Part shown: positions 44,286 through 57,609 of the stretch, piece after piece | Layout of the letters: each line of letters opens with the position of its first letter | How positions within the stretch are numbered: the stretch's first letter is position 1 | From: the human T2T-CHM13v2.0 reference genome, Homo sapiens | Assembly: GCF_009914755.1 (NCBI RefSeq) | Contig: NC_060928.1 | Direction: 5' to 3' (one strand) | Length of the DNA: 64,000 nt | Notes under the pieces: generated by a model | Databases searched by the model: none | What the model was told of the DNA's origin: nothing | What the model saw: the letters and a program-made list of their open reading frames with translations, nothing else | Translations under genes and position numbers: made by a program

Positions 44286-46668
44286 TGTGTAATTTTAAAA
44301 TTTAGTGGTCTGGGTCATAGTCATCAGACTGTGTTGATTGTAAGTGACAGTGAACTAATTCCAGGAATAGTGCTTACTCAGGAACAGCTGGCTTTGGGTA
44401 CTGCCAGGAATCTGTTTCATTCTATTGCTCACCTCTACTTTCCTCCACGCAGACTTTTGCTGACTTCATTTTCAGACAGGCCCTTACTTCATGATGGCAA
44501 AAATAGCCACCACCAACTCCAGGGTTACCATTTACAAGCTGAACAACTGAGTTTTGGGGCTGGCTCACACAGCCAGCTTGGGTCATGTGGCCATGTCTCA
44601 TTAGCCAGACCTGAAACATGGACTCCCTCTGGACTGAGAGTAGAGGGAAGATGGTTTGAAAATAAACTTGGCTTATTATTATCAAGATTAGGAGGAAAGG
44701 ATGCTGGGCGTGATAACTTAGGGCACAGCTTGTTGAAAGAAGGTACAACCAGAACTTTATATGTTTTGCCGTAGGGATTTAAGAAAACAAATCTGCTACC
44801 CAAAAAGAACATGTTCAGTATTAACTGCCTGAAAAAGGAAAAGACCAAAAATGCACAATTTGTGATTGAGTACCAGACACTGTATTAATTTTCTTTAAAA
44901 ATCATAACATTACCAATCCTCTGAGGCAATTATTGCCATTTTGGAGCACTTACTGTGTGTCACACTTTGTGTGAGGCACTTTACGCTTTGTAGGACAGCT
45001 TTGTGAGGGCAGCCTTAATATTCTCATTGTACTGATGAAGAACTAGGAGGCCAGAGGCATTTGGGTTTGAATCCAGATGTGTCTTATTTCATTTATATCA
45101 TCTCCTAGTTTTACAGTTTGCTTTTGTTAGTCTGTCTGTGTGTCCATCTATCCTCCTCTGTCCTGTCAGAGCTCCCCCTCAGCTTCTCTAAGCAAGGCCC
45201 CCTTTCACCTCGGGCACCTCTCCAGTCCATTGGGAAACCGGCTCAACTCTGTCCTCTGAGCATGCCACCAGTGTCTGTCCCCTTTCCCCCACCTCTGCTG
45301 CTGGAGCTCTAGCCTTCATTATGAAGGGCCAGAACTCTTATTATGAATTCTGTTTGGCCTTCCTGCTTCCAGTCTTCATCTCTTCCACCCCCATTTTCCT
45401 TAACAGCCAGATTGAACTTTCAAAAAGTGCAGACCTGATCTTATCAAGCGTCTGTTTTCCTTGGCTTCTCATGGAGGGAGAACATGATCCTGGCCCCTGC
45501 CTGCCGTCCTTTCCACCTCACGGCACTCACTCTCTGGCCTTTTTTCTTCTTCCTTCTCCAGTGCAGCAGTCTTACACCTTACCACCTCCTTCTCTGTTCC
45601 TATGGTGCGCATCATTTGTTTTGCTTCTTCAGGTCTGTGTTTACATGTCACTTCAAGTCCTTAGGGACTTCTCTGTCCCTTTCCCCTACCCCTTCAATCT
45701 GGAAATCTGAAGCTGTTTACTGCTCCTTTTTGTACTTTTCACAGTTTGTAGTGATACATTCGTCTGTGATTATTTGCCTAACATTCCCCACTGAATCATG
45801 AACTCCATAAGGGTGGGGACCAGGTCTGTCTGGTTAATTAATTGCTGAGTCTCTAGCAGCAACCACAGTGCCTGGAACATCACAGACACTCAAATATGTG
45901 TTGACTGGACTGATGGGTTAAAAACTGAGTATATCCAAAGCAGTGCACTTTTAAATGATTATCTTTTCTGTAGTTCCCTCACTCTGTAATTTATTAAGAA
46001 TGAACCTATGTTTTCCTCAGAGCAGTTTTATCCCAGTTGCTTTTGGTTTGCTTAGAAACATGCTTCCTTTCTTGCTGACTGTAATTGCTAGCAATTCCAG
46101 TGCTCTACAGTGATGCACTTGGTTTCTGAAACTCCTGGATTAGAGCTAGCCATAATCGGGGAAGATAATAAATTTTAGGGTATGTAATTCCTCTTAATTT
46201 GACCTGAGTGTGGGTGAGGGAAAGAAGAGAAGGCTCTACCGACTTGCTCCAAATGGTTCCCTGCCCAATAACACAGAAGCCTTAACACTCCTTTAACTCG
46301 GATATGCTGTCCCCAGAACCCAGGCATCCAAATTTAGTCTTCTCTGCATGTCCTTGTGATTTCTGACTGCCATCTGTGTCCAAATTGGCTTTGGAAGGAG
46401 AAGCTTTCTCTCCAGTGATTTATTATTTAAAGCAGTCTTCTCAGCCCTTATCATGAAAACTGGCAATTTTCATATGGCCCTTTGGAATCCACATACAAGG
46501 CTATCTGTCCCAGGCTCACTGGTGCCCCAGTTCTGAGGGGATCACTAGCCCTGCATGCTTGTGGCCTTTTGATGTGCACACAGGCATGGTGACTGGGAAG
46601 CTTATCTGTCTGTGATCATCTCATGTGCTGCAGATAACATAACTTCTTTTGCCCTTTTTAATCCACAG

Positions 46669-46795
46669 TTGGTCATGTTCGGAGTTTGACCTGAATGAGA
46701 TTCGCCTGATAGTTTACCAGGACTGTGACAGGAGAGGCAGACAAGTCTTGTTTGACTCTAAAGCTGTTCAAAAGATTGAGGAGGTGACAGCTCAG
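46669..46795 (+). CDS. FNIP2: FNIP2 coding exon 2 ([42 protein letters not shown]), start of longin/uDENN domain
   Basis: ccacag| acceptor, CAG|gtatga donor, 127 nt; IRLIVYQDC motif is the FNIP1/2 N-terminal signature. Confidence 0.97.
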
Positions 46796-49087
46796 GTATG
46801 AAATGCTGATTTGCTTTCTCCTTTTCTTTTGTGCTTTTAACCACCCTTCTGATCAATCATTTATTAATCTATCATCTTCTCTTTGAGTTATATTATACAG
46901 TGCCATTAATGGTTCAGAAGAAACATAAGCAAGCATTGAATCCTTTAATCAAAGCCCTACCCCCAACAGGCATGAGTATGCTCACTGCTAAACACAAGTG
47001 AAACTGTTAGCAAGTAATCATGGCAGGAGCTAAGCAGTGTACTATTAATAGTACTAGAGGTAAATTTGCTGGTGAGTTGCAATCCAGTAAGATTTTGATG
47101 CCAAGTGAGTGCCTCAAATGTAATGGGAAAGCAGAACTCTAAAATTCATAAAGTGATAAAGTGTTAGTGTGAAGATCATTCTGTCCAGTGTTTCTCATGG
47201 ATAATAATAAGTAGCACTGGGTTAAACAAAATTAAACAGCTTTGCTTATTTACAGGACTTCCATATGCAAACCTGCATTGTTATCTTCAAAAAGGATTGT
47301 TTCTCAAACCCTTCTGACCAGGGGAGCTTTTATTTATTTCCCATTTTTTTTGTGGAGAGTTGGGTGGTAGTGGTGGTGGTGGTGGTGGTGTAGGGTGGGC
47401 GACAAGCAATGGGTAGAGTGAGGATAGAGCAGCTCTTGATCCCTTGGAACCAGAATGGGAATGGTAAAGTAACATGTTTAAGGTGAGGAGAGTCTGATCC
47501 TTTCTGGGTCTTTTTTGGATATGATACCAGGGTACTTGTAAATTCACTTTAGACCTTTCATTCTCTTTTCAGTATTTGTTCAGATGCCTACAAATTAAAT
47601 AAATCCACTTGTATTCATTCTTTTTATGTTCAATAAGTTGCTACCCATACTGACCAAATACTGGCAGTTTGTAGAATGTGCAGCTAAGTAAATGAACAGT
47701 TTATAACGCAGTCTTTGTCTCATCAGGGCCAAGGGGTTGTTTTCCTGCTTTTGATAAGGATCATTTCTGCAGGAAGGAAGTGTTTGGTTAAACACAGTTT
47801 AGCTGGGTGGATTCCACAGTGTTTTAAAGTGGAGTTCTGCCAGGTGGCTAATCATTACAGTAGTTGTTGGGCTTGTTAGGTAGGTGAAGGGAGGGAGGGG
47901 GAAACCAAGAAATCTCTCAGGTGATTCACTGTAGGCTTTCCAGGTTAGATTTGTAACAGAAATTTAGGTGAGCCAGCACTTGACCCTTTGGTGGACAGGA
48001 GATGGTTTACCTCTTAGTTTCTTGAATTATTTCCCATTTCTCTGAAGGCCTCACATGGATGGTCTAGTTGAGCAGCTATCACTGGGGCTGCTCATAGTGG
48101 TGGCAGGTGGAGGGGAAAAGAAACACAAGTTTTCAAAAGGAACTGGAATCTTCAGTGTACCAGAGCACTGATAATGCTGGAATCTGGAAACATAGGCTTT
48201 CTTAGAAGCATTCATCTAACCAAAAAGGCATCTTAGGTTCAGGAGGTTTGTAGCTTGCCCAAGGCTACAAAAGAATCCAGTCAGTGCTCTATTCACTACA
48301 CCAGGTGGTTTCTCCAATTATAGACTGTTCAGCATTGTACTCCAGCCAAAGGGTCTAGCAGTCTGAAGCAGTGGCACCTCGTGTCACTTAGGCCCTCTGA
48401 GGGGCTGTGTTTCTGGCTTAAGTGAGATTGAGTAACAGCTTTATCTTTAGCGTGTTGAGGGAGTGCTGGGTGCTCAGGAATAATCAAGTGCCACTTTGAA
48501 TGCCATCATTGCTGGAGTGACAGTTGTGGTCCAGCACATTTTGTGTTTTCCTTACGTTCTTTTCCCATTTTCAGTCCCCACCGCCCCAGCCTCCCTTGGC
48601 AAGCACAAAACGTCATGAGTTTGTATCAAGCACATGACTGCAGGCATTTGCATTAGACCACCAGTGTGACTGTCACATTGGAGATTAGATAAGCTGCAAT
48701 TGCATTCATGTTTTTTTCCAAGCAAAAGCTACACAAGGAAAAAAAAAAGGCAAAGAAGACTCAGAATAGAAATAACTTATCATAGAGGGTGCAGGAAGCT
48801 TCTGTAGGGAGTAATATGTTTGGGGAGAGGTAAATATTAATAAAGGTTTATCCTTATACGTTTGTCACTGTGATAAAAATTAGTGGCAAACTCTAGGGAA
48901 TGTATAGTAGAGCATCCTCTGTTGTCTTTAACCTTTGAAGACCATATTTCCATCACATGCTATGTAATTCACAGTAGCTCCTGTTTCAGGGTTTTGGTTT
49001 CATCCCTTACAAATTCAACCTCATGATTTTCCTTCCTGTTACCTTTAAAGGAGTAGTAGAGGAGGTGTGTCATTAAAAACACAAGTA

Positions 49088-49391
49088 GGCCGGGCGCGGT
49101 GGCTCACGCCTGTAATCCAGCACTTTGAGAGGCTGAGGTGGGCAGATCACGAGGTCAAGAGATCAAGACCATCTTGGTCAACATGGTGAAACCCCATCTC
49201 CACTAAAAATACAAAAAAATTAGCTGGGCGTGATGGTGGGCACCTGTAAGTCCCAGCTACTTGGAGGCTGAGACAGGAGAATTGCTTGAACCCGGGAGGC
49301 ACGGGTTGCAGTGAGCCGAGATCATGCCGCTGCACTACAGCCTGGCAACAGGGTGAGACTCCATCTCACAAACAAACAAACAAACAAAAAA
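49088..49391 (+). mobile_element. Alu (AluSc-like)
   Basis: ggccgggcgcggtggctcacgcc...gatcacgaggtcaagagatcaagaccatc; (CAAA)n tail. Confidence 0.9.
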
Positions 49392-49831
49392 CCCTACGAG
49401 CCAGTCTGCCCAAATTAATAGTTTTGTTTTATTAGTTCCATTTGCTTAGTAAAAATTTAGATTTGAAGCCTCATCTTTCTCCTCATCAATGTAATGGATT
49501 ATGACTCTACATAATACTAAAAAGCTAATAATCAAAACTCAAATAACCAAAACAGAGGTCAATTATGTGAATTGAAGTGTAAATAATAGTTAAATTATTA
49601 AAAGAGGATAAAGTCTTAATACATAACCTACCTCCTTTTGTCTAGAACCCTTCTTCAGCATTCTGCCATCCCAAACCATGTTTTTGTCATTATTGGGGAA
49701 AAAAAAAAGCTTCTGTTTTTTAATGCAACCTAGGCACCAGAATGCTTTTAAAAAGGAATTCCCAATGAAGAACTGTTGACGAACCTGATATACTTAGTAA
49801 TCTTTTACCTTGCCTGTCTCTCTTAACCTAG

Positions 49832-49978
49832 AAAACAGAGGATGTTCCTATTAAAATATCAGCCAAGTGCTGCCAGGGAAGCAGCAGTGTCAGCAGCAGT
49901 AGCAGCAGCAGCATCTCTTCCCACAGTTCTTCTGGGGGATCTTCACATCATGCTAAGGAACAGCTTCCAAAGTACCAG
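49832..49978 (+). CDS. FNIP2: FNIP2 coding exon 3 ([49 protein letters not shown])
   Basis: cctag| acceptor, CAG|gtacaa donor, 147 nt, phase 0-0. Confidence 0.96.
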
Positions 49979-50451
49979 GTACAACCATCCCTTCTGTGGG
50001 AATAGCCCCTGAGGTTAAAGTTATTTACTGTAATTTCTCCTTGGGAAATAATGCCTGCTCGAGGGCTCTACTCCAGGAATATGAGGACAAGTATTCAACA
50101 GAGTACTCTTAAATGTTTCACATCGATGTTGTTTTTGCTCTTTGGCTTTTATCTCCAATAAAAACTGTAATCAAGCAGAGGTAATACAGCCTACTGTGAA
50201 CTGGATGAGGAAGAAATATTGCCAGTCAGGTAAATTACCTTGCTTTGTTTCCTTTGCTCTCTGATCCAGAATAATAAACATGTACTTTCCAGTTTTGTTA
50301 TAAGAATTCCTAAGGATTCTGGGAATGTATATGGGCATCCTAAGAAAATAGAACATACCAGTAAAAGGAAGAAAGCCTTGTATGGGAACAGAAAGAAATG
50401 GCAAGATCTAATCTGAGTATGAAGGATAAAAGGCTGATGGCATTTTTTACA

Positions 50452-50490
50452 CTGTGTGTGTGGGGTGTGTGTGTGTGTGTGTGTGTGTGT
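50452..50490. repeat. (TG)n microsatellite
   Basis: Direct reading. Confidence 0.9.
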
Positions 50491-51001
50491 ATAAGGATAG
50501 GGGTTAAGGTTATTGAGAAATATTGGCTAACAAGATAAAAAGGAAGAAATGTTTTATAAATATTGAATGGCAAAAGAATATTAATTGATGGAGGATATAT
50601 TGAACTTTTTCTTAAACCCATGTAGAATCTTTTCTACTATTTTGCTGGAAAAACAATACTAGGGAAGTTACCAGCAAATGGGTCTGGAGAACTTTGTTTT
50701 TTCATAGTTAGGATTTGTGCCATGCATTTGCCCTTTTTGAGACACAGTGCTCCAGGGTCTCACAGCAGTCTGCAGTTTAAAAAGTATGGAGTAGAATTTT
50801 CAGCAGGTTGAGAATCACAGTTGGCATGTGGCCCTTGTACCCCAAGAAAAAGCAGATTATAAATGAAGGAGGTGGGTGGAAGTTAGTAATAAAGAATGTG
50901 AAAACCAGTTGGTTTCTGTCTGCATATAGTGGGAAGAAGTTGGTTTGAGCTATAACGAGAGAGAGGAACCTAGCTGAGCAGGGCTGATAGATTTATCTTT
51001 C

Positions 51002-51313
<312 letters not shown>

Positions 51314-52612
51314 CAGATTTATCTTTCTCTTTCCGCCTCTGCAACCGTGCATAAGTAAGTGTGTATTTGTGCGTCAGCGTATGTATGCTTGTGTGTCTGT
51401 GTGTGTGTATGTATTTGGAGTTTTAAAAAAAGATTTGGAAGAGTATGTTAAGGGTGATTCCCATGTTTTTCCTTGGGTGGAAAGCACACTGACAGAGAAT
51501 ATAGTTGGCAGGTCGGGGTGCAGAACCATGGTTGCTTTGGTGGCACACTGGTTTGCTCAGCATTCATACCTGTCCTGTTCATCATTGTGTCACTAGCACT
51601 TAGCACGGGTGCTCAGAATTCTGCATCCCAAGACACTCATTCAGATGTCACTAGGTGAATGAATGTATTGGGGTATACGATTCTAGAGCTCCAGGAGAGC
51701 TCTTGGTCTAGAGACAAAGATGTAGGAGGTATTCTATGTAAATAATAATCAAAATCAAAAGAATAGTTGAAAAGGCGGGCAGTTAGTAGGGTTGACCTCC
51801 AGGCAAAACCACAGTAAGGGATGATCTGAGAAAGAAGAGAGTCAAAATGGAGAGTCATGAACAGCATCAAATATATTGAGAGAAGTTTAATAAAGCAAAC
51901 TGGAAAGGGTCCATTGGATTTGACCAAGAGGGAGGAGGTCATCATTGGAGCAGTTGAACTAGTTTGAGCTAAGAGGTAAAGTCAGGCTGTGGTAGATTAA
52001 CAAGCCAGTGAGAGTAGAGGAAGAGGAGGCAGGCAGTCCACTCTTTGGTTGGTAAAGGCATGAGAAAGACTGGTCAGAAGCTAGAGGGGTCAAATGTTGT
52101 TGAAATACTTTTGTAAAACTTCAGAGTTATCAGACCATCTGTTATCTTTTGGGCCCTCATAAAACCCTATCTGCAGCAATGGGCATTTTTTATTCCACAT
52201 TGTTAATTATTTGGCTGAATAATACCGAACCATATTTTTTTCAGGATGTTTTCTTAGTACCAAGAGAAGAGTTACAGTTATTTTCATAATTTAATCTTTG
52301 TATTTAGAGTTTATAAATGGAGATAATAGTAATCTTTGTTTCTCATAACACAAATAAAAATGAACTCTAATAAAACACTTGGATCCTAGGTGATGATGTT
52401 GTGTACAGAGAAGAAATCACAAACATTAGTAATACTTTGGGGGGGAAAATAGGCAATCGCCATTATAAGTTAAGATTGTAAGATGACCACTTGAAGCTTT
52501 GAGAAATAGTTTTAATCACCGATGACACTAACGAGATTAATAAACATTATTTTCTGTTGCATTGCATGTCATGTTCCATGTACTAACTTTGATTTTGTTT
52601 TCTTGCATGTAG

Positions 52613-52713
52613 TACACAAGACCAGCTTCCGATGTCAACATGTTAGGGGAAATGATGTTTGGCTCAGTTGCCATGAGTTACAAAGGCTCCACCTTAAAGA
52701 TACACTACATACG
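52613..52713 (+). CDS. FNIP2: FNIP2 coding exon 4 ([34 protein letters not shown])
   Basis: tgtag| acceptor with TACTAAC branch point at 52581, CG|gtgagt donor, 101 nt; [15 protein letters not shown] is a conserved FNIP motif. Confidence 0.97.
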
Positions 52714-52818
52714 GTGAGTCTGGGCTTCCTTTTCTACTAGTTTTGAGAAGTGGAACGGTGGTATTGACTCCTTAACTCATAAATTTATTTTTCCCCTCTC
52801 CTTTTTTCCCCTCCACAG

Positions 52819-52890
52819 TTCTCCTCCACAACTGATGATTAGTAAAGTCTTCTCTGCTAGAATGGGCAGCTTCTGTGGAAGTACAAATAA
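52819..52890 (+). CDS. FNIP2: FNIP2 coding exon 5 ([24 protein letters not shown])
   Basis: ccacag| acceptor after a 105-nt intron, AA|gtaagt donor, 72 nt, phase 2-2. Confidence 0.96.
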
Positions 52891-54279
52891 GTAAGTGTAG
52901 GATTTTGCATTCCCCACCCCCATTTTTTAAAGTGTGTATTTCTAGATAGACTAATTCTTTAAGGGCCATAAGGCATTTTGAAATGACAAGCAGAATGAGT
53001 CCAAATTAACAAAGGGGCTTTAAAAGTGGCTACTGTCCTATAAACAGTGAGTGGGAAAAGACCTTTGACTTTATTAGGTGGCCCTAAAGACAAATGGCTG
53101 TCTTTATATGTTTTGAGTCTCCATCTGTTACCCAGTCACCAATTTTTAATTTCCTGGGAAATCAAAAATAAAGAACAAAAGGGAAGGGGCTACATTATTC
53201 TGAAATATCTGAGAACTTAAACTCATTTTGGCATATTCATTCATGTATTTTGAACTTTCAAGCAGAAATATTTCATATACTTCATTTTTTAAATAAAACA
53301 ACAAAACACCAGTTGTACTTTGATAAGTTTGAAAGAAGCGCTTGTTATAAATTAAAGGACATTCTTAGGGGTCAAGTAAAAGCTGTTTTTTCTTATCCTG
53401 GGAAATTAAAAATATTTCTCTATATATTTGAATACCATTAAGTGAGTCTTGGCTTACTCTTCAACAAAACAGTTTGAACATTTAACATTGGAATGTCATG
53501 ACTTAAGCCAATATGAGAATTTTTATTTATTTCTTGCGAGATTTGTTTTTAACAGACCCTTGGGATTACCTGAACGTTTATTGCATTAATTCCCTTACGT
53601 GCAGATTTAAGTAAAAATTATTTTGCCTTCATTATGCTGTATTATTCTCAAAGTCTTTCTGTCGTCGTTTTTGTCAGCTCTACACACAGCAAAAGTCTTT
53701 AATTGTTAATAAATACAATAAATTATTAAAATCTGCTTCCCTCACATTTTTATGAGTAATTCTTTTTAGAAGTTGTGAAATGAAACTCCTGTAAGAATTA
53801 TAATTTCTGTTGCATTTTATTCCTGAAAAAAGTTGCTGAATTGCTCATTGATGTTAACCAAGAGTAAAAATTAATTTCATTTTGAGAGTTTATGTAAAAT
53901 ACTTAAAATGAATGTCAACAAGTTGGCTGTCAGTTGCTAAAGCAAAATGTAGAAATGAACAACAGTATCTCGGGTGTCAGTCACTGAAGCAAAATTTAGA
54001 GTTTGGTGTCTCATTATATTATATGAAATTGTTAGAAGTACAGTTGTTTAGTTACACGGGTTGAGCTACCTCCAAAATAGCTTTTGTTTTCTTCCAACAA
54101 ATTCACCTGAAGTTGCAAGTTTAATTCCCTTTGGTAGATGTGAGACTTTGTTTATAAAGAAAAGTATTGAGTGACTGATCAGTCGTTGTCTATATTTGGA
54201 AGTCTATTAGAAAACAGCTTTAGTAGCTTCTTGACGTTTTTGTCCTCTTTCTCCTTTTCCCCCCCATCTCCGGATATAG

Positions 54280-54380
54280 CTTGCAAGACAGCTTTGAGTA
54301 CATCAACCAAGATCCTAATTTGGGAAAACTGAACACAAATCAAAATAGTTTGGGTCCTTGTCGTACTGGAAGTAACCTAG
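54280..54380 (+). CDS. FNIP2: FNIP2 coding exon 6 ([33 protein letters not shown])
   Basis: atatag| acceptor, TAG|gtaaaa donor, 101 nt, phase 2-1. Confidence 0.95.
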
Positions 54381-54552
54381 GTAAAATCAGAGATACAAAC
54401 AAATTCTTTCTTTCTGAATACACTATTGTGGGTGTGTGTTTTGCTTTATTTGAGTTTGTCGTGGGTTTTTTTTTTTGCGTTATCTTTAATCTGTGTTTAT
54501 TTTTTTTGTATGTGTACTTTGTTTGCCCTCTTCTATGTGTTTCCATCTCTAG

Positions 54553-54642
54553 GTCTGCTGCAAGCATGCAGCAGCAAACTGCTGCAGGGGGTAGCTGAAG
54601 GAGGACCTCTCCGGCTCACCCGGAGTGCTTCTTTCTTTGCAG
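54553..54642 (+). CDS. FNIP2: FNIP2 in-frame cassette exon ([30 protein letters not shown]), paralogous to FNIP1 alternative exon
   Basis: Pyrimidine tract plus ctctag| acceptor, CAG|gtttgt donor, 90 nt, phase 1-1, no stop; GPLRLxRSASFFA matches recalled FNIP1 GPLRLIRSASFFA. Confidence 0.85.
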
Positions 54643-55037
54643 GTTTGTGTGGAATGCTGAGTACAGTGTGACCCACACATATTAATAAATCCTGTGCAGG
54701 TTCTTAGGAAAAATCCTACTTGTGCCTCTCTAGAAATCCAAGGGGCTCTTGTGATCACAGATATTGGTTTCAAATGCGGCCAAATCCATGGTGTTTCGAA
54801 AATTCTGCCAATGAACCTCTCTTGTAAATGTCTTCGCTAATACTCTAGTGTAAGCTGATTTTGATCTGAAATGAGCCCTTAGTATTTCCAAGAGGATTGT
54901 TTTTTTCTGATTTTTCTGGGCCTCTTCTGCTACTATGAACTGTTTCCCTTTGCCTTGGTGTCTTTTATCCATTTATTCAACTGCATCCTTACCTGCACGG
55001 AGTTTCATTAAAAGTCACTCTAATAAGAGCATGGAAG

Positions 55038-55038
<1 letters not shown>

Positions 55039-55100
<62 letters not shown>

Positions 55101-55102
55101 TC
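55039..55102. repeat. (CT)n microsatellite, about 30 units
   Basis: Direct reading. Confidence 0.95.
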
Positions 55103-56170
55103 TAAGTAGTGTAAATACAATTTCTAGGTTATTTACAGGTATAGTCATCTTGGTGTCTCTGAGATTTAACTTGTCTTAGCATGATTAAACATGTGAGGAA
55201 CCTCCATTACTAACATTTAAAGTTGTGAGTATAGCAAATGGTATTTTCCTTTCTGTTCTTTGTAGCCTGAAATATGCTAAGCACCATAGTTAACTGACAC
55301 CCTGATAAAATTGACACGCTCCTACCTACTTAGAGTGAGGAAAATGCATTTAAATACTCTCTTTAAAATTGTGAAAATAAACATGCTTCAAAAAAATAGC
55401 TGTCAAGTATAATAATCAGGCAGAGCACTGGGCTGCTTGTCCATTTAAAACTTCACTACAGCAGCAGCATATCTACCTTCTAGCACAATAAGTATACAGC
55501 TTAGGTCAATCTGAAGCATTCCTAGAAGTCTGTAATACTTCAGAGTGTTTTCCACAGTTCATGCCAGAACATGAGTTTTTCTAAGTAACTCTACAATAAT
55601 ACTGTGTATGGGTGTATATGGAAAGAAATGGAGGAAGAAATATTTGAAAATGAGTATAAATGTTTTCTATCTGCCAAGAGAGTGGGTTATAAACAGAGAA
55701 ACATTTTTTGAATTTATGAAATGGTTTTCAAGTATTTCTCTTCCCTAAGTCGCCTACAGTTACTACCAAAACTGATTATAAAGCATTTTGAAATACATTG
55801 CTATTTAAATACTACTACTAATGAGGAAAATGGCTAAAAAAAATTACCTGAGAATGTTTATTCATTGCATCAACTGCACGAATCATTTATTATTCAGAGT
55901 TTTTTTTTTAAGAGTTGAACATCACTCAGAAAAGTTTGTATGCTTACAATTGAATACAGGCAGATTTTTATGAGATGGTTACTTGGTTCTCTTTTCTTCT
56001 CATCATCTTTTTATATATTTAATTTTGCCTTCTAGTTAATCTCTATTAAAAGCTTATGCCAATCATCAGTAGCAGTAGCCTACTTTGAAATTTAAAAATT
56101 ACTGCAGTCATTTTAAAAACTTTATCTCTGAAGAGCCCAATAACATGGTTTTCTTGTTCCTTTATCTTAG

Positions 56171-56242
56171 CACACAGCACACCAGTTGATATGCCAAGCA
56201 GAGGACAGAATGAAGACAGGGACAGTGGCATTGCTCGATCAG
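56171..56242 (+). CDS. FNIP2: FNIP2 coding exon 7 ([24 protein letters not shown])
   Basis: tcttag| acceptor, CAG|gtactt donor, 72 nt, phase 1-1; [11 protein letters not shown] conserved with FNIP1. Confidence 0.96.
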
Positions 56243-57285
56243 GTACTTGTACTCTGTTTATTGGTTTAACTAACAGAGTGAACTATCTACAGTGGTGTGG
56301 AAGGTGGGAAAGTAGAAGACAGGTAGATAACCCTCATCCTGTTCTTTGTTTTTTCCTTCCTAAGATAGTCTGACATATCTAAAGATCTGAAACTTTAATG
56401 TACAGTATCCATGAGTGATTGTGCAACATAAACTAGTTTTTTCTAACACTCAAATTTATATGAGACTAATGTTTGTTAAGAAATTTCTTTCCAGAATGAA
56501 GCTTCCTTGAGCCCATTGTACTAGTAATGTGCTTGCTTGACTGTTGAGTATAGACTCAGAGGAAGAGAAGGGTTTGTGGAAGTAAATCTGTCCTGTGACA
56601 GTGGGAGGACCAGCCAGCTGACCTGGTCACCGTTTCTTCTGTTCTAGAGACATGCTGATCTAGATTTTATCAGGTACCCTTCTCTCCTTGCCTCAAGGCC
56701 TAAACCTTTCTGTTACTGCTTTTAGGATCTGTTGGTTTCACCTTTTGTATGTGACCTCTTTTGAGTTTTGACTTGTGGTTCAGATCTGAGATTTTGTATT
56801 ATAAGAGAAGGGTGGTGAATGAGTGAACTGAAATTCAAGGACTGGAGGTGGTGTGTGGTGCTCTGCTTGATGAATACATATGGTACAGGCAGCCCCTACC
56901 TTCCAGTGAGACTAGGAGCACCCTGCTGGTTTCTCCTGTGATACATGACACCTTCAACAAATGGGCCAGCCAGGCGTTGCTCAGACTGGATGCAGGCCTC
57001 ACATGATGTTCTTCTTGGCCTTTCACTCATTTCTCTGTCCACACTACTCCAAGGTCCTTGTGCTCCTGTGTAGCCTCAGAGCCTTTTAACCCACTCTGTG
57101 CAACTCTGCTCTTGTGTTAATAAATGAAATGTGATTTGTTACTGAGTCTCCAGTTTGGTTTACATATGTCACATAATGTAAAGTAATAGCATTTTATTTA
57201 TGGTTAAAATCGATGTGTTTTGGTGTTCATAATCTTTTCTGTAAAGTTGAGCTGGGAACCTTTGGTCAGAAACTCTCATTGATCA

Positions 57286-57609
<324 letters not shown>

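Noticed and set aside
54281-54671. ORFs 54281-54598 and 54426-54671 as stand-alone genes
   Set aside because: They are FNIP2 exon 6 and the cassette exon read through into intron sequence.
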